Assembly: GCA_032718475.1 (NCBI GenBank)
Contig: JAUCBJ010005365.1
Location: forward strand, 1-37,943
Length of the DNA stretch: 37,943 bases
Origin: Nemertoderma westbladi
Taxonomy: Eukaryota > Animalia > Xenacoelomorpha
Direction: 5' to 3'
How positions within the stretch are numbered: the stretch's first letter is position 1; each line of letters starts with the position of its first letter. A program made the translations under genes and the position numbers. Below are positions 1 through 10,137 of the stretch, piece after piece. A model generated the notes under the pieces. The model did not search any database, was not told the origin of the DNA, and was given only the letters and a program-made list of their open reading frames with translations.

Positions 1-195
1 AGTGAATAAGCATGGTGGACAGCCCATGACTTTCTTGAGACGCATCTTAAAGGACACTGGCCTTAAAGATGCAGATGATCTAGCAAATGTCATGGGTGAT
101 AGGGAGTTGTGGCGGTGCAATTTTGTTGACAAGCCGGCACAGCATTCTTAAAAATGCAGCTGCAATGCAGCATGCCGATCCTAGTAGTAGTAGTA
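1..195 (+). mobile_element. 3' end of an RTE-clade non-LTR retrotransposon (second copy of the element at ~845-2702)
   Basis: Near-identical to 2499-2693 (one substitution seen, gca/gcg), including the ORF stop and (TAG)n tail. Confidence 0.9.
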
Positions 196-377
196 CTTCG
201 ATGCTATCACTCACTTCATGGCTCGCCCCCATAGGTTGTTGCGTAGTGATAAGTATAAATACAATAACCTTACTTCGATACTATCACTCACTTCATGGCT
301 CGCCCCCATAGGTAGAATAATCAAATTAAAATAATATTATAAATACCTTATTCTCACTTCGCTGCTCGCCCCCACAA
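194..377. repeat. Three copies of the HINE/Helentron terminal motif (CTCACTTC...GCTCGCCCCCA)
   Basis: ~43-bp unit at 194-236 and 272-314, plus a partial copy at 352-377. A closely related motif ends the elements at 5900, 18080 and 21242. Confidence 0.6.
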
Positions 378-443
378 CTTATTGCTTGACAATATTGGTA
401 GCCGCCGTTAGTCTGTGTTTATTCACCTTTTTTTAGTTGTTGC

Positions 444-822
444 GTCTGTAATAGTCTATCATGTTAAAGACTTTATTAAATAAATTGGAGATGAGCTGTT
501 GCAACTGTAATTAAAGGTGTAATATTATGGGTTTGTTCACTTTATAACAAACGTCTGCAACCCACTTACTATATTGGGTTTTACCTATTGCGGTTCAAGG
601 TCAAACGCCGACCGGTAGACACGAATTAATTAAATTACTTCCGTCTGTGGACTGGCCTTATACCGCATATGTCACATATACACAGTGGTGACATATGTTA
701 CATATGCACAATGGTAACCATAGTAACCATAGTAAGTGGGTGGGGCAACAATAGTAATCATAGTAAGTAGGCGGGGCAAGAGCCGTTCGGCAAATTCTTT
801 AACATGGTAGACTATGGCAGAC
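444..822. mobile_element. Small non-autonomous element bounded by a 27-bp inverted repeat
   Basis: GTCTGTAATAGTCTATCATGTTAAAGA (444-470) versus the reverse complement of 796-822, 3 mismatches. Confidence 0.45.
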
Positions 823-2649
823 ACTGTCTCAATCCCGGTGTTTAGCATACTACTCCAACAGGTTGATGCCATCAATGATGCTGACGACAGCAGGCAATCA
901 TCCCAGGCATGGAAATCAATCAATCTGCTTACTGGGCGGAAAAGCCAACCAACCACCAAGGTTAAGGCTGAATCACCAGCCGATCGCCTCAATGGTTGGA
1001 AAGCCCACTTTGAAAAGCTCCTCAATAATGACAGGGTATTGCCTGATAACTTTATAGAAGTAAAAGTGTCTGAGTCTGTACTCCCAGATATTCCCATTGG
1101 CGATATCTCCTTTGCAGAAGTGAAGGCTGCTGCAAAGAGCATTAAGACCAATCGTGCCAGTGGAGTAGATGGTGTTCCCCCTGAGGTCTTTAAAATACCT
1201 GAGTGTTTAAAGCTCATCTATCCCATCATAGTAGACATGTACCGAACAACAAGAGTCCCACAAGAAATGAAAACAAATAAGTTGGTGCCAGTTCCCAAGA
1301 AGGGCAACCTAACACTCTATGGTTCTTTTCGGGGAATCTCATTGATCTCGATTGCTGCAAAGCTATACAATAGGATTCTATTAAATCGCATCAGGGATCC
1401 CATTGAGAGACTGCTCCGTGGAAATCAGAAAGGGTTCCGTAAAGGTCGTGGGACCATGGAGCCCATTTTGGCACTTAGAAGGATAATTGAAGAATTATCA
1501 AAAAAGAAAGACAGGCATCTGGCTGTTATCTTTGTTGACTTCTTCAAGGCCTTTGATTCAGTCTCTCGCTCACGTATGTTCAGCATACTTTCATTATATG
1601 GGATTCCTGATGAAATTATTGCAGCAATCAGATCAGTATACGATGGTTCGACAACATTTGTGTCTACTGTTGACGGTGATACAGAACCATTTGAAGTGTT
1701 ATGGGGCGTCCTCCAAGGAGACACACTTGCACCATTCTTGTTCATTATTGTGGTTGACTATGTTCTACGCATGTCCTTAGATCATCATAATGATGATGGG
1801 GTGATGATAACTCCACCTACTGGCTCCAGAAGTCGAGGAAATCCTGCCAAGTACCTAACTGATCTAGACTTTGCTGATGACTTAGGAGTACTCTCAGAAT
1901 CATTAGAGGGAGCCCAACGGCTCCTCAGCTCATTAGAACATGCTGCTTCTAGTGTTGGTCTTTTTATTAACTCCAGAAAGACCAAAATTCTGACTGTTAA
2001 CTTTGAAAGTCCTCAGCAAGTCTCTGATCGGATGAGCATAAGCTCAAAGGATGGTATGCTTGAGCATGTGGACGACTTCTGTTACCTGGGATCATGGATC
2101 CGGAAGTCAGGTGAGGACCTTCGAATACGTAAGGGAAAGGCATGGACAGCCTTGAATAGGCTTTCCAGGATTTGGAAATCACCGAGAATTAATCGGAAAC
2201 TTAAGGTCCGATTATTTAGAGCAGCAGTAGTTCCAGTACTCCTCTACGGGAGTCCATGCTGTGCTCTAACTGCTGAGGACACCAAATCTCTGGATGGCAC
2301 ATTCACAAGAATGCTACGCCGGGTTCATTGTGTCAAGTACAATGCACACATCTCCAACCAGACACTATATAACATTGGAGGTGTCTCATTGGTTCCCCCA
2401 AGCTTGACACTAGAACAAAATCGCCTCCGCTTTGCAGGACATTGCTTTCGCCGTGAGGACCAGCCAGTGCATAATCTTGTACTTTGGCAGCCTCATGGAG
2501 TGAATAAGCATGGTGGACAGCCCATGACTTTCTTGAGACGCATCTTAAAGGACACTGGCCTTAAAGATGCGGATGATCTAGCAAATGTCATGGGTGATAG
2601 GGAGTTGTGGCGGTGCAATTTTGTTGACAAGCCGGCACAGCATTCTTAA
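814..2649 (+). CDS. Reverse transcriptase of a 5'-truncated RTE-clade LINE (no endonuclease domain)
   Basis: RT motifs GVDGVP, PVPKKG, FRGISL, QKGFRKGR, FVDFFKAFDSV, GVLQGDTLAPFLF, LDFADD and FCYLGS; RTE-type C-terminus (RLRFAGHCFR, DRELWR); short 3' UTR and (TAG)n tail to 2702. The ATG at 814 lies in unrelated flanking sequence. Confidence 0.9.
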   Translation: MADTVSIPVFSILLQQVDAINDADDSRQSSQAWKSINLLTGRKSQPTTKVKAESPADRLNGWKAHFEKLLNNDRVLPDNFIEVKVSESVLPDIPIGDISFAEVKAAAKSIKTNRASGVDGVPPEVFKIPECLKLIYPIIVDMYRTTRVPQEMKTNKLVPVPKKGNLTLYGSFRGISLISIAAKLYNRILLNRIRDPIERLLRGNQKGFRKGRGTMEPILALRRIIEELSKKKDRHLAVIFVDFFKAFDSVSRSRMFSILSLYGIPDEIIAAIRSVYDGSTTFVSTVDGDTEPFEVLWGVLQGDTLAPFLFIIVVDYVLRMSLDHHNDDGVMITPPTGSRSRGNPAKYLTDLDFADDLGVLSESLEGAQRLLSSLEHAASSVGLFINSRKTKILTVNFESPQQVSDRMSISSKDGMLEHVDDFCYLGSWIRKSGEDLRIRKGKAWTALNRLSRIWKSPRINRKLKVRLFRAAVVPVLLYGSPCCALTAEDTKSLDGTFTRMLRRVHCVKYNAHISNQTLYNIGGVSLVPPSLTLEQNRLRFAGHCFRREDQPVHNLVLWQPHGVNKHGGQPMTFLRRILKDTGLKDADDLANVMGDRELWRCNFVDKPAQHS

Positions 2650-2702
2650 AAATGCAGCTGCAATGCAGCATGCCGATCCTAGTAGTAGTAGTAGTAGTAG
2701 TA

Positions 2703-3276
2703 TCGCAGTTCAAAGCAGCCATTTGCGAAAGGTATAATAGTAGAACATTGAAGACAAAGATGTATAAAATTTTTAGTAGAAGAGGCAATCCTTGCTATTC
2801 TACCAAAAATTGTATACTCATATAATAATTCTATACATAGATCTATTGGAATGCCCCCAATTCAAGTCAATAAGTCGAATGAAGATAATGTGAGAAGAAA
2901 ACTTTACGGAAATTTAGCTAAAATCATTGTAACAAAACCCAAATTGAGAATAGGTGACAATGTGCGACTTAATATAGCTAAAACGGCGTTTGAAAAAGGT
3001 TATACAAAAAATTGGACTGGTGAGGTGTTTACTGTGAAACGTATAAGACTAGATCGTTTTCCTCAGCCTATGTATCATATAATAGATTCAGTTGATAGAG
3101 AAATAGAAGGAACATTTTACCCTCACGAATTGCAGAAGGTTACACAAACAACTGATATTCAGCCAATCGAGTCCATTTTGAAGTCTCGATTAAAAAACGG
3201 TCGGAAGGAATTCCTTGTAAAATTTAATAACTATAAACGGAGCTCTTGGTTGAACGAGTCCCAACTACGTAAATAA
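2703..3276 (+). pseudogene. Polinton retroviral-type integrase, C-terminal half with chromodomain-like tail
   Basis: KAAICERYN(S)RTLKTKMY (catalytic Glu helix), then a frameshift, then LPKIVYSYNNSIHRSIGMPP, GDNVRL...FEKGYTKNWTGEVF, GTFYPHELQ and the chromo-like IESILKSR...EFLVKF...SWL. The 5' half is cut off by the LINE. Confidence 0.88.
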
Positions 3277-3286
3277 ATCAACAAAA

Positions 3287-4209
3287 ATGAATAACTATAT
3301 AACTTTATTCTCAAATGGACCTACAAACAAATTTCCTGATAACACCCTTTCGAAATTTACGGTTGATCTACCATATACAATCAATCTCAGTGGTAATGTA
3401 GAAGTGGGACTATCTGAAATTCAATACTGTTCCTCATTCTATAATATACGTCAACAATCTCTGTTTACAATTTATTATGGAGATAGGACATCGCAAGTTG
3501 TTATATTTGAACCAGGACTATATACGAGTGTAGAAGCCATTATTAATAAAATCAATCAACAAATTGATCACCCGAAGTGGCCCCAAATTCAATATTTCTA
3601 TTTGAACCAGGACTATATACGAGTGTAGAAGCCATTATTAATAAAATCAATCAACAAATTGATCACCCGAAGTGGCCCCAAATTCAATATTTCAAATACT
3701 CAAATAAAATCGAGCTCGCTACTTCGCAACACTTTTCTTTTGAAATTACTGGAGATTTGATTACAATACTCGGTTTTGAGGAGTTTACGCAGGATTATGA
3801 TCCGAGGGATGTACCTTATCTAGCTAATTGGTATGATTATTGGAGTGTAAATGTTAGTGAATTTGGCTCTTTAACATTCAAACAGCAACCGGGACGCGTG
3901 CTCATTTTAGAGGGATTTGTCCCTTTTCTTGCGATTTAGTCTTAGGGCAACATAATTTGTTTATCTATAGTGACATTACTTCTCATGTGACTGTAGGAAA
4001 TACGACGGCACCGTTATTACGCACGGTGCCTCTCGAACTTGAGCATAATAAAGTTATAACACGCGAATTTAAAAAAAAATTATTACAGACCAGTTGCTAG
4101 AACAGTTATTAATCAGATAAATATTGAATTACGCAACGAAAAAGGAGAACTAATATTATTTAATGGAGGTGCAACAATAATTACCCTACACTTAAAAAGT
4201 AAGTCATAA
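3287..4209 (+). pseudogene. Minor capsid (penton) protein 1, frameshifted
   Basis: N-terminal YITLFSN...FPDNTLSKFTVDLP..INLSGNVEVGLSEIQY; C-terminal LFIYSDI...VGNTTAPLLRTVP and YRPV...INIELRNEKGELILFNGGATIITLHLK. Broken by a 95-bp duplication and two further frameshifts (~3930, ~4075). Confidence 0.8.
3504..3693 (+). repeat. Exact 95-bp tandem duplication
   Basis: 3504-3598 equals 3599-3693; removing one copy rejoins the ORFs starting at 3287 and 3577 in frame. Confidence 0.95.
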
Positions 4210-5003
4210 TGGAGAAAATATTATATTTACCCTCGAATTCTTCACCTAAACGATTTCAATTAAATCAACCTTCTAACTTTAATGTGGATCTATCTGAACC
4301 ATTGCGTTTTAGTGGAAAGTGGATGGTGGGTTTGTCAAAAATTGTTTACCTCTCCTCGGTTCATAATTTAGAAGATACATTCATTTATATTCAGAGTTTA
4401 CAAGGAACTAAAAGAAAATATATAATACCATCTGGTTGCTATACTGATGTGGAGGCGTTGCTTACACAGCTAAATATAGATGGTCTCAATTCCCATTTAG
4501 AAATAAGACAAAATGAGCTTTATGACAACATTAGTATTCAGTTTATCGGTGAAAGTAAAGTTGTTCGTTTTTATGGAAATAAGTTGATTGAGTTACTTGG
4601 ATTGCGGGGATTAGAAAATGAGTATTATGTTAATAAAAATAAATTTCTTGTTAGCCTAAAAAATGATTATCTACAAATAACGCGAAGGGGGGAAATAGAG
4701 GGTGATTCTGATATATTACATATTCAAAAAGCAGCAAATGTTTTTATGGGAAACATTAGTATATTTTCAAATATTTGCGGAAATGAGATTGTTGGAAATC
4801 AACTGAAACCCCTCTTAAGATCTATTCCTTATCAAGGAGATTATGGTAAGCTTGTTCATCATGAATTCACAAATATTAATTATAAATCCATTGATATGCA
4901 AAATATAGAAACAATAAATATACAGTTAAAAAATGATCGAGATGAATTCATAAAGTTTAATAATGGTACTGTAATTGCGACATTAATTTTGAAACGCCAA
5001 TAA
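4209..5003 (+). CDS. Minor capsid (penton) protein 2, intact, 264 aa
   Basis: LYLPSNSS...NQPSNFNVDLSEPLRFSGKWMVGLSKI, IPSGCY, IFSNIC...IVGNQLKPLLRSIP, YKSI...INIQLKNDRDEFIKFNNGTVIATLILK; paralogous to penton 1. Confidence 0.82.
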   Translation: MEKILYLPSNSSPKRFQLNQPSNFNVDLSEPLRFSGKWMVGLSKIVYLSSVHNLEDTFIYIQSLQGTKRKYIIPSGCYTDVEALLTQLNIDGLNSHLEIRQNELYDNISIQFIGESKVVRFYGNKLIELLGLRGLENEYYVNKNKFLVSLKNDYLQITRRGEIEGDSDILHIQKAANVFMGNISIFSNICGNEIVGNQLKPLLRSIPYQGDYGKLVHHEFTNINYKSIDMQNIETINIQLKNDRDEFIKFNNGTVIATLILKRQ

Positions 5004-5136
5004 ACGATAAATAAGGAAATATATTCAGGAAGCAATGAGTTATAAAGATTGTTATCAAAGGAGTTTGTAGAAAACATTACAGAGAACACTTTATAAGGTT
5101 ATTCGCGGTGGCGTTAAAAATAAACAGACTGGGACG

Positions 5137-6271
5137 ATGAAGGGTCTCAGCTCAGAAATTGTTACACCCCCTTCCATAATGAGGCAACGATTACAATTAT
5201 TAGAAAGGAAACGAAAGGCGGGGGGAGGACTACCTTGTTTTGAGGGGGGATATAGACATCGACACATGAACACGTTCGTGGGGACTTCGCGCAGCACGTA
5301 GTCGGCAAGCCTTGGCATACGGTTCATATAGAGCAAATGGGGCATGTCTAGTTTGGACCCCATATCCCATGCTATAAATGTATTCATTCGATATACAATC
5401 ATATGTTAATCCGCTAGGTGGTGTCAAATTGTTATTCTGCAATTTCGTACTTACCAGTGCAGCACTGTACAGCAGTACCGTACCGGTAGGCCTATGTCAT
5501 TACTTCTGAGTCTCTAGCGGATCCCCAATTAAATGTCTTAACTTTTCAATTTCGTAAAAGATAGACTTCATGATTCTCTACAGGCCACCAAAATTTCAGC
5601 TCAGGAAAATGAGGCCTTCCCGAGAAATTTAACATTTTCTAAAAACCACATAATCTGTCGTAGCTGACGTCAGACTGCATGATTTTTCACCAAACTCTAC
5701 AAACTTTCTAAACTTTCTCTCTACTACTTACCTACTAAGTTTGGTTCAATTCCAAACGAGCGATACCGAGAAATTCGCGTTCAAACATTTACCAGACAGA
5801 CGGACGGACAGATAGACGGACAGACAGACAGACGGACATGCCCCATTTGCCCTATATGAACCGTATGCAAAGGCTCGCCGACTACGTGTCTCGCCCCACA
5901 GTCGCACAGTTTTTGTGAGACACGGTCAACGAGGTAAAGGTATCCTTGGAAATATTATTCGGATTGCAACTAAAGTAGTGCCCAAAGTTATTAAGCCCGT
6001 CGCGCGAGCAGCAATTCGCAAAAGTGCTCCTTTTGTAAAAAAGACAGGGAGAAAAATTGTCAAACGAGTAATTCGTCGGGGAATTCCACAACTTAAAAAG
6101 ATTGGAAAGAAATTAGCAGAACAGGCTCTCGCCAGCTCAAAACCTTCCACTAAACGAGTAGCTCATAAAATTATTGAAGAAGTTTTAAATGCTGCTGATG
6201 GGAGGTCAATAAACGAAACTCGCAAAAAACGCAAATCAAAAAAGCATCACTGTCCAGATATTTTTGGCTAA
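5137..6271 (+). pseudogene. Basic core/DNA-condensing protein (pVII/pX-like) split by an insertion
   Basis: Removing 5269-5899 gives in-frame ...KAGGGLPCFEGGYRHRHM-SRTVFVRHGQRGKGILGNIIR..., a Lys/Arg-rich protein ending DIFG, located just upstream of the major capsid gene. Confidence 0.65.
5269..5900 (-). mobile_element. Helentron-associated (DINE-1-like/HINE) non-autonomous element
   Basis: Minus-strand 5' end TGTGGGGCGAG, (GTCY)n microsatellite at ~5794-5837, ~54-bp internal inverted repeat (5296-5348 / 5835-5888), 3' end CCCCACGAACGTGTT, no TSD. Confidence 0.7.
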
Positions 6272-6285
6272 ACTAAATAATAACA

Positions 6286-7543
6286 ATGGAAGAAACCACG
6301 GAAGAACTAAATTTAGTTAATCGCGGTAATGTTCAGACTGTAATTGAAGAAAGTTTTGAGCAGGAAATATACCCTGTGACTACATTGGGAGAGGGCACAT
6401 CAGTTATAGATTTCATGATTGAAAAGTCAGAAGATTACTATAAGATAGGAAGTGAAACAACACTACAATTAGTATATCGTATTGTAACAACAACACGACC
6501 TGACAATGGCGCAGTTTATCAAACACCACTAAGCCTCTCTACTCTATTTTCAAACATTAGTGTTTTGATTAATGAGCGGGAGGTAGAGTCTAATACTGCA
6601 AACTATCCCTATAAAGCTTTCCTAAAAGCGGTCTTACTTAATGATCAGAGTACAAAAGAAACGATTTTAGCTGTTAGCTGCCGAAGGGTTTGCAGAACAA
6701 GAAGCATTTGGTGTTCCTGTAGACTTTGCTGCAGCTGCTCATTTGGAAAGTAGACCATATTATGTTCAGGGGTCTCTATTTGTTGACCTTTTTGAACAGG
6801 CTAAATTTATCCCACCCAAAACTAGTATAAGAATTAGATTAACAAGAGCTACAAATGCATTTAACTTAGTATGTATTGCAGCTGTACAAGAGCCTCGAAT
6901 CATTATATCTAATGCTTTGTTGAAAATTAAACGAGTAAAATTGGATCCATATATACGTCAACAACATATAGAACAATTAAAAATAGGAGATTATATTTAT
7001 CCAATTATACAGAATGAGGTGACAACCTTTACTATAGCAAATGGTCAACAATCTCATGTGAGGGAAAATTTGTTTACAAGCAAGAATGTACCTCGCTTTG
7101 TTAATATTGTCATGGTTCGAAATGACTCTTACAATGGAAACTTAAGATCTAATTCACTATTGTTTGATCACTTTAATGTGAATTACTTACAACTTACACT
7201 GGATGGTAAGGTAATTGGAGGTGTGACATATAAACCAAATTTTGCTACTGGACAATATATTAATGAGTATTGCGCCAGTCAAAAAAACCTGCTATCTATA
7301 ACCAGAGGTACAAACAACGGCATTACTCCCACTAGATTTTGTGATTTATATCCAATATTTTCTTGGAATTTATCCCCCACGGGATTTCTTGATGAAGACG
7401 AACGAAACCCACATCAAATAGGCAATGCTAGATTAGAGATTGCTTTCTCAGCTCCTTTACAAAATACAATTAACGTTATTATGTGGGTGGGATATGATAG
7501 AACTGTGAATATCAGCAATGTCGGATCAGTAACTATTTTCTAG
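6286..7543 (+). pseudogene. Polinton/adintovirus major capsid protein (double jelly-roll), one frameshift
   Basis: Q..IEESFEQEIYPV, LSTLFSNISVLIN, NYPYKAFL, DLFEQAKFIPP...IRIRLTR, NLFTSKNVPRFV, FDHFNVNYL, GNARLEIAFSAPL. A 7-bp duplication TTAGCTG (6667-6680) shifts the frame; removing it gives 416 aa. Confidence 0.88.
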
Positions 7544-7553
7544 AAAGAAAAAC

Positions 7554-7981
7554 ATGTTGAACTCATATGATTTGAATAATTTCCCTATATAGAACATTAT
7601 CGTGGTTCTTTCGCCATTGATCAATTACCAGCGAAGGATGGCTCTAAAATGAGCTTCATTTCAAATACTCAAGCCGCTCATTTACCTGGTATGCACTGGG
7701 TCGCTGTTTTTATGAATGAAAATATAGGTGAATACTTTGATTCATTTGGAGTGTTCCCCCCGGCTCGTATAGAAGACTGGTTGTTGCGTAATACAATAAA
7801 ATAGACAAGGACACGAAAAGTGGTTCAACACCCTCTAAGGACAAGTTGTGGGGGATACTGTTTATATTACTTATCTAAACGATCAAAAACTGACACGCCT
7901 CTACGCAAGTTTGGAACAGACTTGAAACAAAATGAAAAGATACTTGCATGTTGGTTGCGGAACAAAGCCATAATGAATTGA
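7554..7981 (+). pseudogene. Adenain-family maturation cysteine protease (missing from the ORF track)
   Basis: YRGSFAIDQLP, FISNT...PGMHWVAV (His), EYFDSFG (Asp), VQHPLRTSCGGYC (Gln, Cys). Lesions are a 2-nt frameshift near 7590 and an in-frame TAG at 7802-7804. Confidence 0.9.
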
Positions 7982-8221
7982 TATTATTAATTGTGTTACA
8001 ATGTGTTATATCTTAAATGTTACTCTGCTATATGTATATGTGTTATGTTATAAATATATATTTCAATGTTGCTATATTAAAAATATGAAAATAGTCAACT
8101 ATATTTCATTTTTCTTTTTTCATCTTTGGATAAATAATATCAGGGTTAAACAAAGAACATCAAAACAGTTAAACAGTAAAACATTTACATGACCAGTTAC
8201 AATAGACAAGTAACATAAAGT

Positions 8222-9934
8222 TTAGTTTATATCCACAGCATCTAGCTTTATCTTTTTCTGTTCTATTGGAGGATAGTGAGCTAATTTTCGTTTTATAATT
8301 TCCATCGAATATCTTTTAGAGACGTTGGGGGAATCATTAGGGTGAAATAGATTGAGGTGGATCTGCTTGGGGAGGAAAACTGCATCTTTTAGTATGCGTT
8401 TGAGAAAGTTGATGCAACACTCAACAGCATAGTTTGAAGGTAGGGTTAATTTCTTTGTTGTCTTCAGGTTGACAATAATTGTTTCTGATGGTGTATGTTG
8501 AATGTGTATAAGGGGGGTGAGATAGTAATGGGAGGAAGTGGATTGTTGAATGAGATGAAAGTTGGAGAAATCACTCGCTTTTATATTTAAACCATCGGTA
8601 AACTGAAACGTAGTTGATTTCAAATATTTTTTGATGACAGGCCATATGGCAACATAAGCTTCACCTTTGAATGAATAAATGAAAGCCGCTACTGATTCGT
8701 ATAAATTAAGACACTGGTGATTAGGTAGTTGTAGTTGCTTTGGTTCATAATCACTATTGTTAGCCAATGACTTTAGTTCAGAGAGTGCTTCTCGGGCGCG
8801 ATCTGTATTGTCAATAGAGAACATGTAGTCATAGCGTCTGTCAGAAATTTCGAGGGTTTCGCAGCTGTAAGCGGTATAAATTTTTATTCGATCTGAAATT
8901 AATTCTTCGTGGTTGACTTCATCGTAGCATTCGTATCCTTCGACCGCAGAATCGAACCATGAAATTTTAAGAAGTTCATTTCTCATGAGTAAAATTGCAT
9001 CTCTTGTGGAAACAATAACTTTGTTTGAATCAACCTCAACTCCGCTCGCGATTGCAATGTTTCTTTTATTATTAATATTTGTGATATAACCAAAAGTAGA
9101 ACTATCGAAAGAAACATAGTTCTCTGACTCTAAGACAATGTGCGAGATTGGATTGATGTAAAGACGACAAATGTTTATATAATGTTGTAGTAAAGCAACC
9201 GCAGTGTCTGAGATGGTTAACCAACCCCCATCTACTGTATCTTCTAGTTGTATTAAATCAATAGGTTTCAGTGGGGATGTTTTCGAATAACGAACAACTT
9301 TAAAATTAAAACCAAAATAATGTGCTTTGCTGTTGTTGTAGAAACAGGTTATTTCATTCAATTGTTCAATAAAAGTTAGTACATCATATCCAAACAGTTT
9401 GAAGAAACGAGATTCATCTTTGAGGGGATGAATCGAGGCGTTCCAAATAATTAAAAGAATTGAGTTTGAAATATTATGAAAATCAAACAGACACTCATCA
9501 ACAAAAAAGGAAGCTTTGAGTGTTGACATACCAAGGAGCTTGTTTGCAGATTCTTGTGTTACATTGCTGTGGATATATTCAACAACCGGTTGAGGTATTA
9601 CAAATGTTTCTAGCGAGGTTGTCAGATTGAACATTATATTCGATTCTGATTTGTGCAGTTTGAAACCATGGTTTGCGGAATGAAATTTATCATTATTTAG
9701 AGTTTGATATTGACCATCCTTCAACTCAAAGCAGGATCGTAGAATGAAATGTGCATAATTTGCTGGAATGAGTTGGGGTTGGTTAGATGAAGTGGTAACC
9801 GTCATTGGAAAGCGTTTGTTCGAAGGATCAAAATATAAACCGAATGAGTTGTCTGAGAGAGATATTTGATTTTCGTTGGAAACAATTTTTACTTGAGGGA
9901 AGTTGAACTTTTGAAGGAGTTGAGCTTGAGCCAT
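8222..9934 (-). CDS. Uncharacterised 570-aa intronless protein, probably a viral accessory gene
   Basis: Long uninterrupted ORF in AT-rich DNA, convergent with the protease; C-terminal basic NLS-like KRK...KKIK. No family recognised. Confidence 0.7.
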   Translation of the reverse strand: MAQAQLLQKFNFPQVKIVSNENQISLSDNSFGLYFDPSNKRFPMTVTTSSNQPQLIPANYAHFILRSCFELKDGQYQTLNNDKFHSANHGFKLHKSESNIMFNLTTSLETFVIPQPVVEYIHSNVTQESANKLLGMSTLKASFFVDECLFDFHNISNSILLIIWNASIHPLKDESRFFKLFGYDVLTFIEQLNEITCFYNNSKAHYFGFNFKVVRYSKTSPLKPIDLIQLEDTVDGGWLTISDTAVALLQHYINICRLYINPISHIVLESENYVSFDSSTFGYITNINNKRNIAIASGVEVDSNKVIVSTRDAILLMRNELLKISWFDSAVEGYECYDEVNHEELISDRIKIYTAYSCETLEISDRRYDYMFSIDNTDRAREALSELKSLANNSDYEPKQLQLPNHQCLNLYESVAAFIYSFKGEAYVAIWPVIKKYLKSTTFQFTDGLNIKASDFSNFHLIQQSTSSHYYLTPLIHIQHTPSETIIVNLKTTKKLTLPSNYAVECCINFLKRILKDAVFLPKQIHLNLFHPNDSPNVSKRYSMEIIKRKLAHYPPIEQKKIKLDAVDIN

Positions 9935-10045
9935 CTTGAAGAAAATATAATATTATGAATAACAATAAATGTATTATAACTTTAAATAAAAAGTAAAATG
10001 GTCAATAATATTTTTGTAAGTAAAGTTCAAAGCGATGGATGGGGG

Positions 10046-10137
10046 TTTATAAGGGAAAGGGTAACCAATGAAAATAAAAGTGAAGCTTGTGGGTACCAAT
10101 AGAAATAAAAAAGAGAGAGAGAGAGACGTGCTATTGG
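10046..10137 (-). promoter_or_regulatory. Possible Pol II promoter of the 570-aa ORF
   Basis: Minus-strand TATAAA at 10046-10051 and CCAAT at 10133-10137, upstream of the ATG at 9934. Confidence 0.3.

Noticed and set aside
814-845. ATG at 814 as the true LINE start
   Set aside because: It lies inside an unrelated inverted repeat (796-822) and no endonuclease domain precedes the RT, so the copy is 5'-truncated.
672-2182. Several minus-strand and alternate-frame ORFs over the LINE
   Set aside because: They are shadows of the RT reading frame.
2680-2702. (AGT)n as a Maverick terminus (AGTAGT...)
   Set aside because: It follows the RTE 3' UTR, recurs after the other LINE copy at 182-195, and falls in the middle of the integrase gene; it is the LINE tail.
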